A stretch of 64,000 bases of DNA, from the NCBI RefSeq assembly GCF_947568905.1, contig NC_079164.1:45012001-45076000 (forward strand), in the 5' to 3' direction. Made by a program: the position numbers and the translations under genes. This document shows, one piece after another, positions 12,001 to 25,100 of this stretch. The number at the start of each line of letters is the position of its first letter. Position 1 is the first letter of the stretch. The stretch is from Ostrea edulis. Taxonomy: Eukaryota. The notes under the pieces are model-generated. The model was not told the origin of the DNA and did not search any database. It was given only the letters and a program-made list of their open reading frames with translations.

Positions 12001-15000
12001 GAAATCAAGCTTACTTAAATAACATACAGGGTGGTTTGGAATTTATTTTGGGGGGAAAGGGCAAAATCTTCCCTACGCAATAGTTTGCAGAATCTTGTCA
12101 CTTGTGGTTGGTTCCTATAACCTGTCATTCATTTAGGAGATAGATACTCTCTAGAGCAATTGGTGGGGAACATCATATCGATGTTTGTGGCGGGGTCAAG
12201 GGAGACATCATCCCTGTACAAGCTTAACCTGTTGTCTCTGCCCATCTGCATCAAAGCATGAGGGATGTCTCATGGCTGTGTGTTAACATGGAAGTTAAAT
12301 GCCATTGAGCAAATGTGTGGAATAACTGGAAACTGCTTGGGGTCTGCAGCATTTCAGTGCTCAGACCCCCTCTACCTCTATAAAAGGAGGAGAGGCTACA
12401 GGCTGGGTGGTGTGAAAGTTCTAAACCAGGTAGCAAGCCAGAGACAGGGTGTAAAAGCTGTGCAGCTTGTGTGCCTAGCCACCATGCGTGTTAGGCATGG
12501 GGTTCCTTGGCACTCGCATCAAAGCGAGGCCACTAGTTTGCCCATTGGTTTATGGTATCCTAGTTGTCTCCCTTGACTCCTACTAATTTTTGCGGCCAGT
12601 ATCATCCAACACTGGTGTATTGTGTTTTTATGATGTCATTGCTCAATAAATTCATGTAAAGTACCAATTGGTGTTTATTTTTCATTCTCACTAGTGGCTG
12701 AAAGATAATTCAATAATATTGTGAAAAGGCAGACAAAGCAAACTATCTTGGCTGCAATCTTCAATTAATATAGATTATTGAGATGGATATGAGATAATCT
12801 CATTTAATTGAGTGAATAGCATTATACAATAGGACTTAACTTGGTACAAGCTAACTTATTTTAAGAAAGTCAGCATCAGGAGGAGTTAACTAGTATTGCA
12901 ACTTCCTCTTCCTTTTTGCACCCCACTCAAGTGGAAGGAACAACAGCACGTTACCCACCCACCCTCCCCATATTTTGAAAAAGTTAAGTAAACCATCAAT
13001 TTGTTTTACTTTGGTCAAATAATCTGCGCCAAGTATGTTATATTTTTAGGTAAATCGCAGGGCGTGGATTCAGTTAAGCTGAGCCTGTTTTTGTACTTGC
13101 ATAGGACTGCTCATATGACGATAGTTGCACCTTGCTAATTGCCAACCAGTCAACGAAAGAGGACTATTGAATAAATATCCAGATAATTTTTCTTTTCTTA
13201 CATTTGTCGCAATTTTAAGGGGGAGGAGTCAGGGAAACATTAAGGCCAATAAGTGTACAAGCTTAACCTGTTGTCTCTGCCCATCTGCATCAAAGCATGA
13301 GGGATGTCTCATGGCTGTGTGTTAACATGGAAGTTAAATGCCATTGAGCAAATGTGTGGAATAACTGGAAACTGCTTGGGGTCTGCAGCATTTCAGTGCT
13401 CAGACCCCCTCTACCTCTATAAAAGGAGGAGAGGCTACAGGCTGGGTGGTGTGAAAGTTCTAAACCAGGTAGCAAGCCAGAGACAGGGTGTAAAAGCTGT
13501 GCAGCTTGTGTGCCTAGCCACCATGCGTGTTAGGCATGGGGTTCCTTGGCACTCGCATCAAAGCGAGGCCACTAGTTTGCCCATTGGTTTATGGTATCCT
13601 AGTTGTCTCCCTTGACTCCTACTAATTTTTGCGGCCAGTATCATCCAACACTGGTGTATTGTGTTTTTATGATGTCATTGCTCAATAAATTCATGTAAAG
13701 TACCAATTGGTGTTTATTTTTCATTCTCACTAGTGGCTGAAAGATAATTCAATAATATTGTGAAAAGGCAGACAAAGCAAACTATCTTGGCTGCAATCTT
13801 CAATTAATACTATTTGGTAATTATTCATTTGCTGCTCTAGAATGACAAAGTATTTTTTTCAAGTTACCTGGGTAGACCTTCATCCTTGTACCATGGTATA
13901 ACTCGTAGATCTGTATTTGGAACTGCTTGATGCCAGACTCATTATCTTGGAAAGCAAAACTGGCATGAAGCTGATCAGTCTCATCCTATAAAAAAAGAAG
14001 CAAGAATAACATAAGGATTCTGTAAACAAGAGATACATTGTATTACTGGTCTGAGCAGTAAATTACTTCAGTATCATTCAACAAGTATGTAATAACTCTT
14101 TTTCGAAGGTAAAATCAATGCGACTGAGTTAGACCTTGGTGACAAAGTATGTGAAAATACTGTACATATACGTCCTGGGGAGAGTCCTTATAAAATCAGA
14201 CTTTCACTATTGCGATCCTTCTTTTCAAGCCCGAGTTCTACATTTAACAGACAGGGCTTCATGATTCTAGTACACATGGCTTATTGTCAATCATAATTAT
14301 GCAACATTGATTATCTGCTACACATCAAAAAGGGACAAAAGTTCAATTCAACCTGAGGTCAAAACTAAATACTTGACTGATATGTTGGAAAGAAAACTTA
14401 CTGCTCATTAAAAATTACAAGTGGTCCTAAAAACAATACCTCAGCAGTAACAAATTCCTAAACATTCAGCTATTGTGCAGTATACCTGGTACATAATGTC
14501 TGAGCTCCCAAGTCCATCCCACAGGTATGTTAGCTCTGGGGGAGTGAGATCTACCACAAATCCATCTGTTTCCTCAGTTACAGAGTTCAGAGCCCCATTG
14601 GTGACTTTCAGCTCCATCTTTACACGATCTTCATGTTCCAAGTTGAAGTTCAGCCATGTAACACTGGAGGAAGTGTTACTGAATGTGGACCAATCTCTCA
14701 GCAAGTCGTAGCTTGTTCCCAGATTTCTGAAATTTTTAGTACATGTCAGATTGTTAGTTGCACATTATTTGCATTCTGATATTTAAAAGCATTTTCAATT
14801 GAATTTCTAGGAATAAAACAACAATACTATTAATAGTAAATAATTTGATAAGACGGTGAATCAAACTACAGTGTGGTCTTGTAATTCAGATACCAACAAC
14901 CCAGATGCTTCACCTGGACAATTTTTTAGTGGGAACCAGTTTTATTTGGAATTTTGCATCATTATCCCATAAAATTCACTTCCAGAATCTTTATGGCAAA

Positions 15001-16977
15001 TTTTATTACAAAATGCTGCATTCATTGAAATTCATTTAATTATAAATGTCTGTGTTATAAAAGCATTTATTATATGATTGAATAATTCTGTGTTTTTCAA
15101 ATGGGTGAGATCCAACAACCTAGGAAAAACAGAATACATGTATTACATTCACCTGCATGTGCCTTAAAGGTGAATATAATATTTGATTTCTCCAACATCG
15201 GACCAAAAATAAATTAGTAATTTAAAAAAATGTGAAACAATTCATTATTTTTTTGGTTACTCAATGAAAACTTGGGTCTCTTATAAATTTTGACTATCTT
15301 GCACTATAATTGTGAAAGAATAAGGGCAAATTCTGTCGCAAACTGAAGTAACAAAATTAATTTCGAACTATAGTATCAAATTAAGGATTATCTCCCTCAC
15401 GCATAGCTCTTATCCTTAGATGAATTTGACTCCACTTGTTTGGCACACAGTTTTCCCCTTAAAATAGCTCTAAAACTTCATTGTTATTTTGGATTTCAAA
15501 CATTTCGGTTGAGCATCACTGAAGAGACATTATTTGTCGAAATGCGCATCTGGTGCATCAAAATTGGTACTGTGTAAGTTTTACATAGTAACATCAAACC
15601 CAATCTATAGATGACCGATCAGGTATTGTTTTGCAAGTTCTACATGTTTAGTACACGGTTTTTATGTGTAAACTATTTAGTCATATAATGAACAAAAATT
15701 AGCATCTCTGATCACTTTTGACTAGGTGTTTCTGTCTATCTGTAAACAAAACAGCTGACTGGGTTATCATTTGGTGCTAAGCTCTAGTAGCCAGTTTCGA
15801 TGTTTTAAATTATATTCAATCATACAATAAAACAATATTCATCGAGCCTGGAGGGCTCTGTGATTATTGTACTTCAAAAGTAACTAAAGCATCATAATGA
15901 CTGAGAAAATGTCAATAATTGTGCAACAATATGGTAAAATTGTACAAGTATTACCAGTTTTCATGCCGATGGTTTTAAACTCAACCTATAGTATTATTGT
16001 ACCTTATTTTCAACCCTACTATACGTTTTCAGGGTCTAAAATTATCACATCAATGTTATACTGCAGGTTAATTATTTTCAGATTTTTAAAACACTGTACA
16101 ATTAGCTAAAATATGACCATTTAAGTGAACAAGTATTCATCAGTAATTTTATTTTCTTTGGAGTTGCTTGCTTATTAGCACATCAATAATAGGTACATGT
16201 GGTCAGATCAAAGCACTAGTAGTGAAATGGACAGTTCTGTCACAAAGCAATAATCAACTTGTATAAGTAAAAAGTGTATATGGCATATCACTTACAAGTA
16301 TATGCACATTTCATCCTTAAAATTATACAAGTAAATGTTCCCAATATCACAAGTTACTGAATACAAGTAAATGACAGCAATGAGTAATGAAACAAATGGC
16401 ATAAACATGTTGATTGTTTATCTGAAGATTGAGTTATCCAGACGCTTCATTTATCTAAGTAATTTTGTTTAGCATCCTAGTTTTCGGATTAACAAGGCCC
16501 CCCTGAACTTAATTTCATCCAATGCATTATACCTGGCCCTGTGAACTTGTACTTGATAATTGTTGATGAAGGATTCAGGGTCAGAGTATCCTCTCCACTG
16601 GACCTCCACCTTTGCTCGGCTCGTGGTGTACTGCACATCAGTGAAACTGGCCTCCTTACCATCCACTACCTCACCTGTCATAGGACTAGTAAGGTCCACA
16701 AGTACTGTAAATGTACAGGTGGTCACAAAATCAGCATGCATAAACACCAGGACTTTCATTAACTAGAGCTGTCTAAGCAGGACTAATACCCCAAATCAGT
16801 CACCACTGAAGCAGTTGCTTGTCTAAATGACTTTCAGGCATACTCAAGATGTTAAAAGCAAATGTCTTCCCAGCTCCCCAAATTGAAAGTGCTTCAAATT
16901 ACCTCCCCCTCCCCTTAATGTACTTCATGGTATGAAGATCAGGCACATAAGCATTGTGAACTGCACTTTGTGCATTG

Positions 16978-17015
<38 letters not shown>

Positions 17016-18137
17016 TCACCTTGGTCCATATCAGAAGATTTTCCATATCTATTTGCATGTAAAACCGTAGTCCCTATTATGGCCCCAAACCTACCCCTCA
17101 AGGCCATGGTTTTTGCAAACTTGAATCTACACTATGTCAGAAAGCTTTCATGTAAATGTGAACTTCTTTGGCCCAATGGTTCTTGAGAAGAAGATTTTTA
17201 AAGATTTTCCCTATATATTTGTATGTAAAACTTTGATCCCCTACTGTGGCCCCATCCTACCCCAGGGGGCCATGATTTTAACAAACCTGAATCTGCACTA
17301 TATCAGAAAGCTTTCATATAAATCTCAGCTTTTCTGGCTTAGTGGTTCTGGGAAGAAGATTTTTAAAGATATTTCCTATATATTTGTATGTTATACTTTG
17401 ACCCCCTATTGTGGCCCCATCCGACCCCCGGGGGCCATGATCTTAACAATTTAGAATCTGCACTATATCAGGAAGCTTTCATATAAATCTCAGCTTTTCT
17501 GGCTCAGTGGTTCTTGAGAAGAAGATTTTAAAAGATTTTTCCTATAAATTTGTATGTAAAACTTTGATGCCCCCCTTGAGGCCCCATCCAATCCCCGGGG
17601 TCTATGATTTTAACAAACTTGAATCTGCACTATATCAAAAAAAAACCAAAAAAACTTTGACCCCCCATTGTGGCCCCATCCGACCCCCGGGGGCCATGAT
17701 TTTAACAATTTAGAATTTGTACTATATCAGGAAGCTTTCATATAAATCTCAGCTTTTCTGGCTCAGTGGTTCTTGGGAAGAAGATTTTTCCTATATATTT
17801 GTATGTAAAACTTTGATCCCTATTGTGGCCCCATCCGACCCCCAGGGGCCATGATTTTAACAATTTAGAATCTGCACTACCTAATAAAGCTTATCTATAA
17901 ATTTCATCTTTCTGGCCCAGTGGTTCTTGGGAAGAAGATTTTTTAATGACCCTACCCTATTTTTACCTTTTCTTGATTATCTCCCCTTGGAAGGTGGCCT
18001 GGCCCTTTATTTTAACAATTTAGAATTCCCTTTACCTAAGGATGTTTTGTGCCAACTTTGGTTGAAATTGGCCCAGTGGTTGTTGAGAAGAAGTTGAAAA
18101 TGTGAAAAGTTTACAGACGGACGGACGCCGGAATACG

Positions 18138-18186
<49 letters not shown>

Positions 18187-21100
18187 GATGGAGAAAAGAT
18201 TCAATATCAATGTGACCAATGTCAATGCTGTATGATACAAAAAAATAATGACTATTATGCTAAAACTTATAGGAAAGTGAATGTACCCCTGTACATGAAA
18301 AAAAGCTATAAAATACTCCTCTCTGATCCATTGTAAACTGTAGGAAAATATTAGATTCCTGGGTCAGAATAACAGGAACATCATTCAACGATAATGAAGT
18401 ATTGGACAAAATTTCAAGGCTATCCAATAAGCCATTAAGAGGAGAAGTGTTCACAAGCTATGTTGCACCCTCCAATTCTTAGATCCACTATAATTTTAAG
18501 AATTACGATTGGATCCTCCTGTCCCACCAATATGCACATCTACAAATGGCAATGATGCATTGTACAAAGTTTCAAGGCTACCCGTTAAGCCATACACTCA
18601 GGAGTATTCACAAGCTATTTTACATCCTCCACCCCTCTTAGATCCACTATAACTTTAAGGAAAATAATTGGATCCTCAAGTCTCAACAATATGCACATCT
18701 ACAAATGGCAATGAAGGATTGTACAAAGTGAGAAACCATACAGGAGGAGAAGTGTTTACAAGATTTTATGACAGATAGGCAGGACTGACAGAAAGTACAA
18801 AAACTACATGTCTCCCCCTGCAAGAGGGGAGACATAATTAACAACCTTTAATTTTTTCAGAGCATCAATTAATACTTTCTTATTGGTCAGGACACATAGT
18901 AGGAAGGATATACAGACAGACGGATATGATGATTCCTATACACCACCTAAAGTTTGCTGGAACTAATACTTCAAGCATTCAGAAATATCAATGTCTTTAT
19001 CACTTTGGTGTATTAAACTGTATGTTTGTTTTTTCTGGGAGGGGTTGTTGTTAAATAATTTTCATAGAATAGTAGTACTACTAAGATTACCAACAAAAAA
19101 AAAAAAAAAAAATTCTGTGCAATGAAAGCTTTCCAATTTAGAATAAAATGATCACAGAAAAATATATGGTCGTAACAACAATAGTATAGAGTATAATATA
19201 ATATCATTCAGTTTTCCAATAAGCCACTCATAAGACATACCCCCATTTGATGAGGCAGACACATTGAGCTGTTTGTTGGCACTGTTGAATGCCTGCACTG
19301 TGACTTGATATACTCTGTTGTGCAGGAGGCGGTTTCCAACTCCCAGATTGAAACAGGCGGAGCTTATCGAGTTAGAAAACTGGGTATCGTTTACAATTTT
19401 TGTAATTGTACCATTATCTGATGACCACACATTCACAACATAAAGGGCAATGCCCGACTCGGCATCACTGAATCCCTCCCAGTTTGCACAAATCTAAAAG
19501 ACATAATTAATGAAAACTTCAAAACTTTTTGTAATGTACTTTTTCATATTCAATAGAAAAGCATGAAATATCTATCAGTAATATTACCTCTAAATATGAA
19601 AATTTTATTTTGTTGTAAAAAAGTGCTGTTATAATAGTTTCGTATGTAACTTTAACCATAATAATCAATAAAATTAAAAGCAAGTTCCAAGATTTTATCA
19701 AATAAAGTTTTCAGTTCTATTGAATATATATAGCATTAATATATATAGAAATCAATTTTTGTACAGGAAGACAATAATATAATTTTGCTTCATTCAGGGC
19801 CTTAATTAGAATAGGTTTTCTAACACAAGTATTAATAACAAAAGTTCATATTAAACTAATATTTTTTCTGTCATTGAAATAGTAAACCACAATTTTACAA
19901 CAAAAATTTTCGACACCAAAATAACAGCTAATATTGCTTTAGAAGACTCAGATTTACATGGATATAATCCAGTACAACAATATCTGCAAGAGACCTACAG
20001 AATAGCCTCACCTTGTCCTGTTCCTTGGTATACAGGAGATCCTGTTGGACTGTTTCTCCATCATACACTCTGCCTGGCACAGGGGCTGACCTGTCCACAA
20101 TGATCGAGGCTTCTGCGACACCGATACTTCTCAAGTCCACTGAAATCAAATGAAATATGGCTGTTGATGAATGTATGCCTATACAGATCAGTCACATACA
20201 CAGAGACAGCATGGATAAACACAATATAAAAGAAAACAAATATTTCTCATTGAATGTTTATTAGTTGTTAGTTCTAGATTTGCATAACATCATTTTCCTA
20301 TGACATTTGAAATCACCAGTCTGAGATCATTACATTTCTCAGATCAATATCACAAAATTCTGATTCAGTATCAGACAATCAAAATCCTGAAAACATCCTA
20401 CTTGAAAATTTCCATCTATGAAATGAGATCTACATTTATCATGAATAAAAATATTACGAAAACAGTAGACAAAATTCAATCTTTAAAGCTCATTTACTGA
20501 ACTCATTTCAGGTCAGAGCTGTTAACAAAAAGATTCTGGACAGCATCATCACCCGAAATGTGAATGCAACATTGCATTCAGTTAAACAGTATGATGAATG
20601 ATAGCATGGCTTACCATTATTGACAGCTTTGATTTTGACAAAGATTTCCTTTCCATCAGACATTTGGTGGATGTATGAAATGTTCGGAGAGTAGGCAATC
20701 TGAGTCCAGGCCAGTTCATCACAGTCTCTGGGTGTGTGACCTAGACAGAGGTCATTTCTATTTAATCCTGAGTGTGGGTCACTGTAAGAAATAAACATGA
20801 TTATGATTCTGAAGAAGAAATCTCAACTTGTGAAATCAAAAATACTGTACGATGAAGTACATACGAGGAATTGTGAGACAGTGTCAGGTTGAATGTTTCC
20901 TCATCATACTGTACATTGAAGATTTCATACACTATAGGGGGAGAATTGTCAATAGCGTAGGCTGTGGAGTGACAGACAGATGTTGCCAAGGGACCACCAT
21001 ACTCCACCTTATTAATCGCTCTTACGGTGATGTAGTACTTTCCATCTATAAAAAAAAAACTTCATTAAGTATGAAGGATATATCAACTGACCCATTTCAA

Positions 21101-22105
21101 GGGCCACTCTTACTATGAAATTATCAAAATAATCTAGACAAAAGAAACAAGATATTACCCGGCAGTGTAGTGTAGGGTGCAGGTATTGGGGTCATAATGA
21201 CACTGTGGGTCCACTGGGAGGAGTCCAGTAGATGACCATGAGGGTCATGAAATTTGTACACTGTGTCACCACAGTGGCTCAGTCCTACTGCCACAGAATA
21301 ACCAAGCAACCCTGTCTCGTTGTCATGGATACCATCCCAGTTTGCTATAAACCAGAAAATTGATCAAAGAATGAATTTCAATAAATAGATTTTGTTAATT
21401 ACTATAATTCTGTCCACTATTAAAGTTTATCATGGTTAAATGTTTTCAAATATAGATGGATTTCTGTTTTTAATTTTCGCACTACACAATGTATCATATC
21501 CAATGAGAAAGAAAATGAACAAATTGTAAAAGATACCATCACAGCAGAGTTTAACCTGATATATATTGGTTGGCTCTAGTATAAAGAAGATCAGTTTTAA
21601 ACTCGTGTCCATTGTAGACAGTTTGAGAGCCCTGTTCATCCACGATAACCCTGTGGTTTTGAGTGCTGGGATTCACCCCCTGACAATACAGCCTCTGCCA
21701 GTCGTCTCTGTCAGATGGTATCACTGTAGTACACGGCAGAATCTCTGTCGTGTCGCTGCTTATTCTAATTTGCCCTACAAATGTAAAGCATAACCATTGT
21801 CATCTGACAAATAACAGAAATGGAATTATTTGCAAATATTCTTTGTATAATGTTACAGTAGTGTTGTCTAAAGATTTCAAATTGTAAAGGACACAAATTG
21901 AATAAGTGTATTTACATGCAGCTGCAGTAGGTGGGGTGAAGTCTGCCAGGATGGGATCAGAAGACAAGATGTTTGTATATCCTAGGGAATTGACCACTTG
22001 AAAATTGAAGAAGTACAGCTGGTTGTGGAGCAAGTTTAGGTTGGTGTACTCAAATCCTCTGTTGGATCCAACTCCCAGTTTCTCATAATGCATATATAGG
22101 CCATC
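35..22105 (-). CDS. Host gene C-terminal region: tandem FN3-like beta-sandwich repeats
   Basis: Recurring motifs in the exon translations: D(T/L/F/N/R)(T/S)PP, G.V.DG, D..Y, W.GF.D.ESGI..Y.v.vG..PG..Di, Y...vrA.N..G (e.g. VLVDLTSPMTGEVVDG, WEGFSDAESGIALY, FVVDLTPPELTYLWDG). The FN3-like assignment is by pattern recognition, not an HMM hit. Confidence 0.65.
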
Positions 22106-25100
22106 CTGTAGTATGGGGATTTTAGGCTCTTAAAAATGTTCAACTTATCCAATGTACTTAAAATGAAATAAAGAGACATTATGAGCATTTCAGCTCAAAT
22201 CACTTACAACAGATGTTCTGTAGTCTTGACCTTCAATCACCTCCAGGAGTTCACAATGTCCACTGTTGCCAAAATCATAGTTAAAGCTGAGGCACTTGGT
22301 GACATGCATTCCATTACAAAGTGTTGCACACTCCCCCACTGTAGCTATGTTAGAATGGGAAGCACTCACAATTCCAGAGCCTACTAAGCGAGCTATCTTA
22401 CCAGCTGAAAATAACTTCATCACTTTCTCATGTGTAGGGTCATTTCCTATAACACATTAAAAGTCCACATGTCAATACCAAACACCACATTTACAGCTAG
22501 ATATATAAAATTTCTAAATCATCAATGTGACTAGCTGGAAAATCCCATGCAACACTTACCAACATTGTAATCAACCACATTTTCTTGCAGGTTGACACTG
22601 GTCCAGCCCACAATCTGATATCCATCTATACCCCTTCCGTATCCCACAGCCACTTTGCTCTCAGTGATAGGCGAGTCCTCATACACAGTGACTGTAGCTT
22701 TCAGTACATTGGGGTTACTGGTGGAGCCAAAGGCCACAGCCATTCTACCCCCTGGCAGAGTCACATCATATGTTGCCAGAGAACAGATAGCTGTTGCTGT
22801 TTCTCCTGCCTGATTTGTGACATCTACAGAGAAGTACAGGGGCACTCCTGAGGGGCTCAACACCTGCAAATAGTTCACGTAAAGATAACACCAGCAAAAT
22901 CTAAAATCTCATCCATTCAATTTAGCAAACATAGATGTTAAACTTCATAAACTTTTTCAAGTTCTTGTGGCATCTACTTTTAAGAAACTTTCGTAAACTG
23001 GATTCCAATTCTTTTTCCTCTGCCTTTCCATTAAATGAATGACTTACATCATTCAACATTGTGGAGAAGCCTCCAAGTTCTTTTCCTGCAATGACATCTT
23101 TCCCTCCTGGCACTGTTCCTATGTCTAGGGTCATGTTAATGTAACTCAGATCATCCCCAGCATCCAGAAACACTCGAAACATCGGCTCCTTGTAGTCCCT
23201 TCCAGTCTCCTGTATCACACCACATCGGCCTTCAGTGGTGGAATTCTAATGTAAAACCAACAAAATTCTAATTATAATATATATACTGTAAATGTATCAT
23301 ATTTAGCGTGTTTAATATTTGGTGGAAATTGACTTTTCAGCAAGTAAGCAGAGATATGATTTAATACTTTCTAAATGTGTTAAATAAATATACATGTATA
23401 TATACGCAAGACATTTATTTAGTGATGTATATGTACTAGATTCAGCAGTAGCTGCTTTCTACAAAAGGCGCTAAATAGGATACACAACCAAATGTAATAT
23501 GTTAACAGAATTTCATCTATATCCAATAACTAGATTATCCATGGAAAACCAAGTCCAATATGTAATGGGTATATTATACTGATAATTTGATACTAAAAAG
23601 CATTAAATTTTATAAAATCATGAAAGTTCATAAAGAAACTGAAACTCATCATACCCCAAAGCTTCTGATTTCTGGGGGTGTCTGATCTTGTTCTTGTTTC
23701 TTCAGATCTATAATAAGCCTTTGAATAGTAGGCGACTTGTAACTCCATAGGGTGGACCTAAATAGTTCTTTCTGAAATTGCACAAATCCCAGATCGACAT
23801 TCATTACAACTTTTGCTTGAAGTGTCAGCCTCACAGGTTTCAGATTAAGGTACATTTGAACTCTGAAAGGAAAACACAGTTGTCATCAAAATCAAAGTCG
23901 CAGAAATCCAAATGCATAAATAAAAGTGCAAAAACATAATAGAACTGTCTAGCTATCCTTAAGAACCTACCCCACTTCTAGTGGAAATTTACTGAAGCTA
24001 AGTTCTGCTGTTGATGGAAATCCCACTTCAATCATGCTTCCTTCCAACTTCAGAGTCCCATTCAAAAAATTTCCAACAAAGAGTTGACCTTTTACCACCA
24101 CTGATCCATATGGATCCACCTTTACAATACCTGTCATATCCATAACCTTCACATTGGCAGTGAAGATTGAACCAAAGGTTCCCGTTGCACTGAATCCTAA
24201 ACAACAACATAGCTTTACATTCATTTGCCCTTCCAAATTAAGAGTAAAATTTCAATATATTGAAGTTTTCAAACAAAAATTACCAAAGTTCATTTTGATG
24301 AGGCCTCCAACAAGGAATGTCTTGTCATACGTGAAGAGATTGCAAGTTTGTCGAGGAAAATCTCTGTTTCCTAAAAGCTCCAGGTCAAATTTCTTGAAAA
24401 TATTATCTGTACTGCTGCTTAGATTTAATCTGCTATTGAAGTCCGAGTACTGCAAGACAGTAACATGAAGTTCATGTAAATTGATTTAGTTGTTAAGGAA
24501 TGATAAAAAAAGAGGATAATACGTCTCTAAAACATTTAGCAGAAGTAGTACTGCATTGCCTAAATATCAATTGGTACTTACCAAAGCTTTGACTAAATCT
24601 TTCAGTTGGGATAATAGCTGGGAAACTTGAGAAGCATTCATGTTCTTTAAGTCTAGTATTGCCTCCAGATCTCCAATCGTCATGCAAGCCAGCTTTCTGC
24701 TCAACAACTTCGTACCTTTAGCATTCAGACCTTGTCCGACTACATAAATTCCACCATCCCTCTCTGCTGAAGGAATGGGTCCTGGACCAATAAGTTCCTC
24801 GATGGATTCCGCTGAAATGGTACCATATTTGATTTACAAAATCATTCTCTATCAATACAATCTCAAATATAATCAGTCAGTACTTTATAAAATGAATAAT
24901 TCCATTAAATTTTGGTTTAAAAATGTACCAAGATTTACAAATAATCAATCTGTCTGTTCATCTAACACACTTACTGGCCTTCTCAATAAACTGGAAAAAA
25001 ATGACTGATATTGTGTAAAACACATTTATTAATAAATGTATATATTTATTAGATACCTCCTTGAATGGTGGAATTTCCGGGTATATCATTCAAAACTGGT

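Larger units (their letters stand above)
12215..12770 (+). repeat. Split direct repeat B1 (556 bp)
   Basis: Identical by eye to 13254-13809 (offset 1039; the ORF track shows identical spurious ORFs in both copies). Confidence 0.97.
7861..13809 (+). mobile_element. Ngaro-type (DIRS order) tyrosine-recombinase retrotransposon, apparently intact, 5,949 bp, antisense in a host intron
   Basis: gag, RT/RNase H, YR and SGNH ORFs in order; split direct repeats A1 (7861-8048), B1 (12215-12770), A2 (12766-12953), B2 (13254-13809); no TSD beyond the shared TAATA core. Confidence 0.95.

Noticed and set aside
12265-12576. 103-aa ORF in repeat B (and the antisense 61-aa ORF), duplicated at 13304-13615
   Set aside because: No recognisable motif; it is duplicated only because it lies in the terminal repeat, so it is most likely non-coding.
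16932-17713. ORFs of the type CKTLIPYCGPILP..AMILTNLNLHY (also at 38.5-39.5, 45.1-45.8, 56.2-56.7 and 61.8-62.6 kb)
   Set aside because: Translations of the 166-bp satellite monomer, not genes.
22404-22446. Alternative acceptor at 22404 for the PAN exon
   Set aside because: The upstream acceptor at 22446 keeps the same phase and adds plausible coding sequence (GNDPTHEKVMKLFS), so I preferred it; RNA-seq is needed to settle it.
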